Source: Asterionella formosa
Taxonomy: Eukaryota
Length of the DNA: 35,743 bases
Reading direction: 5' to 3'
Assembly (NCBI GenBank): GCA_002256025.1
Contig: NKIB01000034.1
Location: forward strand, 1 to 35,743
The position numbers and the translations under genes were made by a program. A model generated the notes under the pieces. That model was not told the origin of the DNA. It worked only from the letters and a program-made list of their open reading frames with translations, and did no database searches. Below are positions 24,301 through 34,199 of this stretch, piece by piece. Each line of letters starts with the position of its first letter. Within the stretch, counting starts at the first letter, position 1.

Positions 24301-24589
24301 GATTACCAACAGTGAGATCAACTGATGAGTGGCTCTTTTTCTTTGAGGAAGTATCCGATGCGGAGTCTGAAGACGAGCAGTCAGCGCTGTAGCCCCCTCG
24401 GCTCCCTCGCCCGTTGCTGCTGCTTGACGAAGCGCTTTCCTCCCCTTGCCTTTGTTGTATACCATTAGTTGGCCTGTGTTTCATTTCTTGACTATTGGCT
24501 TTACCCTCGTTTCCTGGTGATGCAGCATGCTCAGCACTCTGTGGCTGCTCCAGCTCCTGTTCACCTTTGTGTACTGAATCAGACCCCAT
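21383..24589 (-). CDS. Large disordered protein with C-terminal PAS-like domain (about 1014 aa, 3 exons)
   Basis: Exons 24589-23837, 23756-22489 and 22406-21383. Introns 23757-23836 (GTAAGT...CCAG) and 22407-22488 (GTGAGT...CCAG) keep the frame. PAS start ARLVVQSAPPFLVVHVNAAYSGLTG...VIGKPVQTLL; PAS end strands CRMAISPV and ITHFVIQLE; basic NLS-like KKRKR. Confidence 0.85.
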
Positions 24590-25846
24590 CTTGCCATTTT
24601 GTTTCTTGTTTCCTTCGCATTTTGTGGTGCCGAAACCTAGTCGGGTTGAATGATTCAGGGAAGAGATGATGTCACATGGTCTAGGAATCGGCCAATCATA
24701 AAGGATTTCCTAATGATGTCATTATAGGGCAATAAACTGAAAGAGCTCCCTTTAAATACAAATTAAGCACTGTTCTCTAGGATAATTTACCATTTACAAT
24801 GAGTCCCTACCTCAAATTGACATACGTGAGCAACAACATTGGTGTCAGGCGATTATTTGAGAACCACTCCTAATTGAAACGCTCAAACGAATTCATTGAT
24901 ACGAGTACGTAGGTGCTTAAAAGAATTACGAATCTCTCAACAGAGGTATTGGTCATTTTTCTTCGTTTCACGATGGGGAGTGCATAAATTATCCAATCAA
25001 ACGTGGAGAAAGGTCTGACCTCACTGATTCCTTGAAAGAACATGTGTCACCGTCGTATGTATGAACGAAAAGGATGATGCAAGCGTCACATGTTATGTAC
25101 ACATCACCTCTCGTTAATCTGCTTTATCGCCTTTTTGCTGAAGAAATGGCAAGCGTCACTTGTGCCTTGCTCACGCACCAAACTCATTTGTACGTACGTA
25201 AGTACTGTTACATTATCAGATACCGTCATACTCGTATATAATATATGCAAGAACCAATGAACACTACGGCGCATTGCTCAAAAGGTACTAAAAACTGCTT
25301 TCACCAACCAACGCGCTCTTTTTCAGGCTACGCACATACCAGTGAAGTATAATTCACATGATATGCATGATATAATTGGGCGAGCTTCAAAATAAAAAAT
25401 ATATTATTGCCTCCTGTGTCACATGGAGCACTTGTCTTGTGCAAATACAAAAGATAGGATTCAGATGCCGGGGCACTTACATAACATTTTGGCCTGAAGA
25501 CTGTAGATTTGTATACTAATCCCTTGATGCTCTCCCCATTTTGAGAGTACTGGTAGTCTACCTGGTACTGTAAAACCTGGTGTCTCGTATAACCCCATAT
25601 ACCTTGTCAGAATGTGTCTGTTAGGCTATTGATGTCGACAAGTGTCCAAAGACTAGATGTCATCTGAGGAATGTCTGAACGGAAATAGACAGCAGTGATA
25701 TAGCAGAATAATATGCAAATAAGTGGCATGAGGTATGCACATACATTTACAGCCACATCAATCAGCATTCAGTGAATATATATGTACATCAATCATCATT
25801 TGCTTTAGATTGCAATGATGTTGTCATCCTTTTCCGGTCAAAGGAT

Positions 25847-26054
25847 AGGAATGGCTAAGTTGGTTAGCACACCTTCCAAGGTGGCGAGTTCGATTCCTGC
25901 ATTCTCCTCCTGTATTATTCATGGAGTCCCTAGTACAGTTTTGTGGTGTGTGGCTAACGGAAGGTCAGGTCTCATTGTACCGTATTGACAAATAAAACCG
26001 GAGCTAGTTTGTCCATTTATTTGGGCCCTAGTGCGAGGCAGTATTGGATAGCTT
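25847..26054 (+). mobile_element. Putative tRNA-derived SINE, copy 2
   Basis: A box TGGCTAAGTTGG, B box AGTTCGATTCC and residual loop CTTCCAA. Aligns end to end with 20275-20480; both end TTGGATAGCTTT. Confidence 0.65.
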
Positions 26055-26162
26055 TAACATCGTCTGCAAATAGAAACCATCATCTTCGTATGATGCATCT
26101 TACGATCATGATGATCTGATCATACAAATTCAATAGATCATCTAATAAGTAAGATAATGATA

Positions 26163-26233
26163 GGGGAATCGCTTAGGGGTTTAGCACATTGCCTTTGATC
26201 TGAGGTGGTGTGGTTCGATTCACGCATTTTTTT
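26163..26233 (+). pseudogene. Degenerate tRNA-like sequence (tRNA pseudogene or head of a related SINE)
   Basis: GGGGAATCGCTTAG...TTAGCAC...GGTTCGATTCACGCATTTTTTT shares the head motifs of the two SINE copies, with a longer A-B spacing and a T-run after it. Anticodon stem pairing is poor. Confidence 0.45.
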
Positions 26234-27129
26234 GAGAAGCAATTGTTGGGTTCATCTCCCACACTCCTTACAGTCCTGCACGGTCTTGCCTGGTGTGCAA
26301 GAAATAGTGGTTTGCCCCCCTAGCTACAAGCAACTTGTGCCGCCTTCCTAGGCAGTCAGAGTTTCCCCTGACGTTGCGCCTAAGACGATCACCTTTCGCG
26401 AAAGGTGGTTGGGGAATCAAATACACTAACAAAACTAAGAGGGAAGCACAGGTCCTCTTGTCGGCAGGTAGCACAATGAAAAAATTGCCTAAAGAAATAG
26501 GTGAGCACGAATGGGATATAAAGCATACTAAATTTTAAGTACAATCATGATCGTCGTAATTTATAGAAACCGTTTTGACTACTAGTATGAATATTCAATT
26601 ATTTTATGTATTGTATCTAATTTGTTTTGTATCGTCATTTCCTCATAGGATGATGTGGTGTAAGGAAAAGAAACGGGAATTCTGGTTTATAATCATCATT
26701 CGCTCCATTCCCAACACAGAATACATTGTCTGTAAATAAAAAATAACATATTTATAAAATCACGGGTATCATACAAAATGTGGCGCAGATTGTTTTGCCG
26801 CATGATGATCACATCAATGTATGTGTGATAGGTACATGTCATAGATATGAATATTCGATTGTGCTTAAAGTCTACGCAATTAAAAATCATTGAGTTCTAT
26901 AATAAATCATCAATCATACAAAGCCTTCTAAAAATGATCATTTTAAAACATACAGCGATTGAGTAACAACAATTCACTTTGCAATCGTCATTTCTCATTG
27001 AATTTCAATCGCTCTCCTCATGATCATTAAATAGTAATTGTATTTTATATCCGGCGAAGACACACATACAACCATGATCATTCCCCAAAAGGACAGCTAC
27101 AAAGGTCCCAGGAACTTAGGCGCCCGATT

Positions 27130-27725
27130 TGCACTTGGAGGAAATACCCAGCCACAACAAACTGGTACACTTACTAATCCATAAGGGGAGAATGATAATC
27201 CAAAATATATCTGCTTCAAAACTACATAAGAATGATGGTAATGATTGCATACAAAGTCATGTAATGACAAGCAATGAATATCCTCTATGCGGATCCATTT
27301 TAACTGCAGCTGAAGATGACAAAATTGACAGGTCTTATCTTCCCAATGTCATTCTAACAAGAATGGGTTTCAATTCGAGGACTAAACGCCTTCTGTTCTT
27401 AGGCCCAATTGTAGCAAGGTTTCTTGGAAACTGGTTTTTCCTGAAAATCATTCTTTAAAATTAAGTTTTAATAAAAATGAATTTTATGGGCCAGTGCGAA
27501 ACCATTAGGAATTTCTTTAATGTCAATTTAATATGGGAAGAGTCGAATTTGAGTGCCTGCCACCAGCGCCAAATTTCAGTTTTAACAAAATGACCACAAC
27601 TTGCTGGTATCCTGGTTTCTCCCATAGAATTTGACAGTACAGTCTCACATGATGTTACTGTGCATACCCCGCTGGAATACTTGATGGAGTAAACATTGGG
27701 AGGAAAATAGAGGTGTATCATATCA
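27130..27725 (-). pseudogene. Possible pogo-type DDE transposase fragment
   Basis: Minus-strand LYFPPNVYS resembles the pogo FLPPN-x-TS motif. The remainder is interrupted by stops and frameshifts. Confidence 0.25.
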
Positions 27726-28484
27726 TTTATCAGTCTGACGGGTAAAACATGTTACAAGTGCCCCAGCATGATCTTGATTGAGTGTATACATGTGAAGTTC
27801 TTCATGTGTAATCCATGCTTTTCACCTTTTTTGATTGCCACTTTTGACCTAAATTAAAGAATTATTAATGCCCTATTGGCTGATAACTACTAACAGTATG
27901 ACCCGATCCGGTATTTACTGTCAGTGGGTGATGCAGTTTTTACTGGTCCCGCTACATGCTATACCTGTACATGGTAGTTACTTCTGCTTCTTAAATATTG
28001 ACTGATTCTCAGTCAGTCATTCGTAGGTTCTCACAAAATGTTCATGCGAATTGATGACAAGGCACATTGGTCTGGAAGAAGATGCTCTTTTGCGTACGCA
28101 CATGCTGGTACCAGGAACCTGGCCCTGGTACCAGGTACCGTAAAGAAAGGTTCTCATCTGATGGTGACTAGGAGATATGTATTAATTATTTTAGCTTAGT
28201 GCGAACACGGAGCTTCAGATTACGTCAAAGAACGACGTAGACTTCCTCCAGTTCTACTACCAAACCAAGGATATAAACTGACGATTTGTTTTCGTAAAAT
28301 CGGAACGCAAACCAGAATATGAGAACCCATAAAGACACCCTCCCGGAGGATTCCACCAATGGAAAGTCAAAGAAGCCATGACGCTGCCGAGAGTCATCAA
28401 TTGGAGTTCTTGTCGTCCTGATGTTGATTGGTTTCATTCCAAAAATGGCTGGTCGTCTCCCTTCCAATCTAATTCCTAGCAATC

Positions 28485-29780
28485 ATGTATGTACTCACAA
28501 AACAACACGACGATCGAAACGAAGTAAACAGCACAAATTACGAACGAATCAAATCCATCAGCAACATCATGAGCATGGACGACAACGATAGCATAAGTGT
28601 TGGCAGTATGCTAGACGACGATGGTGAAGCGAGCGGGTATGCATCTGACGTGGAAGGAAGGAGCACGAGAAATAAAAACTCGTCGACAACAGATGAAATC
28701 GTATCTGATTCGGATTCTCACGACCGTCAACGCAGTGCCTTGGATGCGTGTGGCATGAACTATTCTCCTGATATCAGCGAAGGTGAGGACGATGAGAGTA
28801 ACGCTTTTACCATCGCTTTTTTACAGCAGAAACGGCATTTGCTAAAGCGCGCAGCTGACCACATGAAGCGTGAAGGTGTTTATGACGCTTCTATTGCGAG
28901 GACGGCCATCAACCTCATGTCACTTGAAGACCCAGAGATTTGGATCGAAGCCAAACGCGTTCTCCGCGTTCTAGCCCTTCGGGAGGACGGCGAGGAGAAT
29001 ATCTTCATCTCCCCTCAACAGGTGTTGAGTAGCACTCCCCACCTCTCCTCGAGCCCGAAAATGGAGGACCCACCTCGCAAGAGACGCAAAGTACAAAAGA
29101 TTGATGTCAGTAGCGTCAGGCATGTTCAAGCTGATGCGTATGCTGCAGTGCACCTAGTCAGTTCAGATGAAGACATTTCAAAGAAAGCTGAGTCACTTTA
29201 TGCAGATGGTCCATGGATGGCAGACGCACTTCGTCAAATGGAGGGCGATTACACTTCAGCAGCAAGCAATTCGCCGCGGAAACAAGGAGCTTCAATAAGT
29301 AGCAAATGGGAAATTCAATTAGATCCACGCGTTGGTGTATGCCTCACCTCAGAGAATAGCGAATTTCCCCCAACGTTTATCAACTTAGCAGATGCATTGG
29401 CCATCACAGAGGTACCACAGCTTCTTGCTCAAGCCACTCACCCCTTCTCGGTGGTACATGCCAATCGAGCCTTCTTTTCCGAATCTGGCCTTACTCCGGG
29501 CAATGTGTTTGGACATGGTGTTGAAACGGTTCTAAATGCACCCATTATAATGGGAGCATCAATGGCTGCTACGTTTGATGGTCGCAAGGCCAGCAAAATC
29601 CAAGTTCTCCCTGTCTGTTCAAAGGACGGCTCGATAACGACGCATGTTCTTTTTCAACTCATTCGAGATGATGAATCAATGCTTCTGCAAAAGGCAAATG
29701 CCCTCTTTGCCAAGGACACGCATGCAAAAGGACAACAAGGTGAATCACATCCCAGTTCATTGGTTGAAACTTGTGGGTAG
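28485..29780 (+). CDS. Acidic/disordered protein with NLS and C-terminal PAS-like domain (431 aa; start may be Met at 28569)
   Basis: Intronless ORF. NLS PPRKRRKV. PAS-like LADALAITEVPQLLAQATHPFSVVHANRAFFSESG...VFGHGVETVL...IQVLPV...ITTHVLFQL is similar to the PAS of the gene at 21383-24589. Confidence 0.85.
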   Translation: MYVLTKQHDDRNEVNSTNYERIKSISNIMSMDDNDSISVGSMLDDDGEASGYASDVEGRSTRNKNSSTTDEIVSDSDSHDRQRSALDACGMNYSPDISEGEDDESNAFTIAFLQQKRHLLKRAADHMKREGVYDASIARTAINLMSLEDPEIWIEAKRVLRVLALREDGEENIFISPQQVLSSTPHLSSSPKMEDPPRKRRKVQKIDVSSVRHVQADAYAAVHLVSSDEDISKKAESLYADGPWMADALRQMEGDYTSAASNSPRKQGASISSKWEIQLDPRVGVCLTSENSEFPPTFINLADALAITEVPQLLAQATHPFSVVHANRAFFSESGLTPGNVFGHGVETVLNAPIIMGASMAATFDGRKASKIQVLPVCSKDGSITTHVLFQLIRDDESMLLQKANALFAKDTHAKGQQGESHPSSLVETCG

Positions 29781-30234
29781 GGAAGGTGATAACGATAAAT
29801 CATTATCGCACTTTCAACCACATCTTTGAATCCTAATTCAAATGTAACGGGATAATTAACTGCACTTGTTTGTCTACATTATATAGTTTATTCGTGCAGG
29901 TGACTAAGGCATTGTCATGACAGCAAGTGGAGAAGAAATCCATTTTCCTTCGGTCATACCAAACAACAGGACTACCGGTATACCTTTATGATATTCTACC
30001 ACAACCAGCATATACCTACTAGCTGTAAGGTTATTTCTGTTGAACATGGTCTATGCACCTCCTGCAACAGCCAAACTTGAGAAGTGAATCTCATTGCTAT
30101 AAATTTCGATGGATTTTCGACGGCAAAAATACATAGTGAGTGCATGTCAAGTACATATTGTTCATTCTCCCTCACCAGGGTTTTATTAACGGAACGTAAT
30201 AGATAGATGTATCATAATTATACCGTATGTATGT

Positions 30235-30360
30235 ACTGGTACCGGTAATTGCTATCCTCATGCCTGTCGTTAAAAATGTGTACACATGTTCTGTTTTCAG
30301 GTACCAGGTAGTCTACCAGGTACCGGTACCTGGTAGTACTGGTACTGGTACTGGTACCAT
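30235..30360. repeat. GGTACC/GGTACT tandem tract upstream of the NIPA-like gene
   Basis: ggtaccaggtagtctaccaggtaccggtacctggtagtactggtactggtactggtacc (about 30300-30358). Confidence 0.75.
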
Positions 30361-30556
30361 GTATTGTGCGCGACAGAACATTTACTACCAACGAGGACAA
30401 CACGACTTGGTTGCTAGGACAGGTTTTCGTTTTAGCAGCCATCATTTGCTGTCGTCGTTAATTTACATCGCTTCGTTTCGCCTCGAAATACCGAAAATAC
30501 ATACATGATCATGCTTGTTGTCTTGCAATTGATCTTCAACTAAGTCAATCGCCATC

Positions 30557-32019
30557 ATGGGAGAGTTCACTCTTACACAATCAATCCCTATTTGTAGTGT
30601 GTTCGCTGCACTAGGGGGTTTCCTTGAGGTACGAGCATAACGATCATACATTCACGTAAAACGATAAATATCGATCACAAACGGAACTGTTCTTTGAAAA
30701 TTATTCATCCTCCTTTTTCGCAGGTTGCGGCAACTGCTGTATTGGCATACCCAGCTGCCCGTCAAAGTCAAGGAAAATTCTGGACAGAAAATCAGCTGAA
30801 AATGTGTCTTGCGCTGAACATACTCCTGCAAGTTGTGGCCTCGCTTGCTGGGCATCTGTTCGCCACTTGGTTCGGGCCCGTCAGTGTTGTCGGGCCCATA
30901 TTCTTCGCGGTCGAGCTTATGGCCAACGTGATAGTATTTGGAATAGCCTTGGGTCTGGAGCATTTTTCGAAGGAAATGAAAGTTGGTACATACGTCATTG
31001 TTGTCGGAACCATGTGAGTTATCATTTGAATATATATTCATTTCTGCAAATGGCTATTCTATATTTTATTCACAATCGACAGCCTGTTACTTCGGGTTGG
31101 ACCCGGCACAATCGAGCTGCAAGATTTCGTCAGACTTGTCACACGACCATGGGCACTCGCTTGGTGTGCCGTTTTACTATTCGGCATGCTTTTATCAACC
31201 GTGATTATGAATTTCCGAGGCTTCAAAACTTTTAATATTCAAATGAGGACGAGCTGCCTCCTAGTTGCTCGGGGCTCTACCTTTGCGTTGAATCTTAGTG
31301 CGGGAAAGGCTCTAGTCTTGGAGACCAGCACCCCTTGGAAGGTCGTGGCTGTTTTAATTAAGGTCCTATCTGGAGCTGTCTACACCCAGGCAATTGTCGT
31401 ACAGTCAACTACTGTTGAGCAAAGAGTCTTCGTGCCTCTCGTTTCGGTGTTTATCATGTCCGTCAATGCCATTACAGGGCTCGTCATATGGGAAGATTGG
31501 ACTGTTGTCCAGGACTGGACGGGGTATGCTTGCGTTTTTCTCCTATTTTTCCTCGGTTGTTACCTCATGCTTGGTGATATCACTTTGCTTGGTGAGGCGT
31601 TTGGTGGTCTTTTTCGGACAACATATAGAATGTTTCTACCTAGCAGCCGTGACGATTTGCTCGTGCATCTCAAAGCCTTCTTCGTACCACCAGATGAAAG
31701 TGCGCTGTCGGTGGTCTCAGGAGAGACCAGTGAATTGACTCGTTCTCAATCAACGAAGCTCAGAAACGAAAAGTCATGGACCAATATTTTTGAGATCCAC
31801 AGTTTTATCCAAGGCCAAGGAAATCAATTCAAAAACACAATGTCCACAATGATGGAATCAACGTTACCAATTCAATCAAGAGGCATTACTGGAGGAAGCA
31901 TTGAATTGGTTGATGGTGGTTTAGAGAGTCAACCAATTGTTGGTACCCCGGTGAGCTCACAGGAACGAACTATTACAATTGGAAGGGCTCATTCGCCGAG
32001 GGAACGAATTGGTTTATAG
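30557..32019 (+). CDS. NIPA-like (DMT superfamily) putative magnesium transporter (about 432 aa, 3 exons)
   Basis: Exons 30557-30628, 30724-31013 and 31083-32019, with in-frame GT-AG introns 30629-30723 and 31014-31082. About 9 hydrophobic helices. ATWFGPVSVVGP resembles the NIPA A-x-x-FAP-x-SLV-x-P motif; VFVPL...TGLVIWED...VFLLFFLGCYL matches the NIPA C-terminal helices. Confidence 0.8.
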
Positions 32020-32455
32020 GGGCTAAATTTTCATAAGCGATTCTACAAATCGGAAAATACATAAGTTTGCAATAATGAGAAATATCATTCAAGTTCGTTA
32101 AAACCAGAAGTATTTTTAGTCTTTTGATGTTTCTATTTATCCACGAGAACATGTCATCCTTATGGATTATTTTCTGTCCACAAGGTAGGGTTTTGTGTTG
32201 GTGCAATTAATAATTGCGGCAATACTGAGCGAGATTGATTATATCCTGCCAGGCTAGCTATACTTCTAGACATCAAGTGTTGGATGTCGTAGTATAGTAC
32301 ACCAGTGCTTCTTCTGTTCAACTATAGTTTCAAGCAAACTTTAGGTCACTGCCTCTCATAAAGTTCAAGTCGTTTTTGGTAGAATTGCGCCCCTCTGGAA
32401 TGCATGTTTGCACCAGACCCTCATTTTTCGTTGACCCTTCCATGACCAATAGACA

Positions 32456-33530
32456 TATGAAGAAGGATTTGACACCAGAAAAGAGATAATATATCGTTGA
32501 TTGCTTGCTTCACAACCTCAAAAGAGACAATGATGGAAATGATGAAATGGATGGCCGGCTTGTAGTAAATCCAGCAGGTATTCACATTTGTTTAGCTAAA
32601 AAGTTCGGCGTCAGTCACAATTATCAAATCTGGGAGCGCGCGCTCGAATCGTTAAAAAATGGAGATGTTGAAATGCAGCACTTTCCTGGAAAAACAAGAG
32701 AAGTGGGAGAGGTGCAAAATACTCATTGCAGATATTAAAACAGCTGTCATGTAGATAAAACCTCACCATCAGCGACAAACTTACTGCATGTTGGCTGAGA
32801 AGCTTGGTATCCTTCCTGTTTGTACTGTATTCAATTGTTCAAATTCGAAAGAGCTAGGAGTCATTCAGTCTCATAAAAATGCTATTAAGCCATTGCTGAC
32901 ACCAAACAATGCATTAAGCCATGTGTTTTATTATATAAATCGGCGGCTGCAATTGAACCATCCAGATCACCAACTCAATCATAATCAATTTCGATCCTGG
33001 TGAGTTTGGTTTCTTTTTTAACTTGATGTTCATATACATGAGAAGTAGTTCGTCATGTCAAAGGACGCAGAACATATTTCTAGCTGAAGACGAGGTACCA
33101 CCAGGAAGGAATGCTAATCACAATAAAAAGGCATGTTTCTTAGTGCTGTTGTGAGACCGAGATACAACGCTACCTGGGAGATGATTTTCGATGATAAAAT
33201 GGTAATGTGTCCTTTCGTGAAACAAGTTCCTGCAAGCATGAGGTTGGCAAATATAGAAAGGGTGTACTAGCAGAGACAAAAGAGGTTTATGCAGATTATA
33301 TAATGAACAAGGTAATTCCAGCAATACCTGCGAAGTGGCCTACCAATGGAACTCTTGAATCCAGACCTGTATTGCTTCAAGTAACAAGATAATGTAAAGA
33401 CTCATTTTCGGGCCGGCATAAAAATTTTATAGAAGCTGGAAGTGTGATGGGATGGAATATTGCCCTAACACCACAACCGCCCAATTCTCCTGATCTGAAT
33501 GTGATTGATTTGTCTTTTTTCGTGCTTTCC
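32456..33530 (+). pseudogene. Mariner DD39D-type (plant/oomycete-like) transposase pseudogene
   Basis: Fragments IKPLLT, VHIHEK*F (canonical VHIDEKWF), MFLSAVVRPRY, KVIPAIPAKWP, QDNVKTH and QPPNSPDLNVIDLSFF occur in the expected order, with frameshifts and stops. Confidence 0.88.
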
Positions 33531-34199
33531 CACCGACCTTGTCAGTGGGATTTTTTGATGAAACTATGGTTTATCTGGATTTGTTGAGTAAGGCTGCTGT
33601 TACAGACGAGGCTTATTGTTTGGAAGAAATATTGCTATGTCATCGCAAAAACGAATACAAGATTCAGTCAAGTCAACAATAAAAACTTTCTGAAATCCAA
33701 TGATGCTGTCTGGCACAACATTGCGTCCACAGACATGGTGAATGTAATTTGTACGCCCGCCGCTGTTGTTGTCCTTGAGGCCCAAGACTTGCTTATTGAT
33801 TGTATTTCGATTTTCGTGCTGCTACATATTCGTTTAGAAGGCATTTTTACCCTTGTTGTTTATAGAATTTGTAGTCTGCCTACATTCCTCCTGAATCCAT
33901 ATTTACTAAAGTACTAGCTATGTGTATTGGTGAACTTATACAATACACAATATATGATTGCACCATAAGTGAAAATCGAAAAAGCCCAAAATCGGTTTTT
34001 TATTTAACGTAGTTGCCAATTTCAAATTAACTACCGGTAAATATATACTATTCATGGATATGTAGCTAAGCCCAAGGCACACAATATATAGGGCAATTAA
34101 GCCGGAGAACATGGTTGGAGTCAAAATGACCCCGAAGAAATGTTTAGAATTGATGCAATTGTTAGCCCCCAGAGGCAGTTAGTAGTTGATGAACTGGTA

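Noticed and set aside
970..30360. GGTACC repeats as a CRISPR array
   Set aside because: Units are 6-8 bp with no regular repeat-spacer structure and no cas genes, and the context is eukaryotic.
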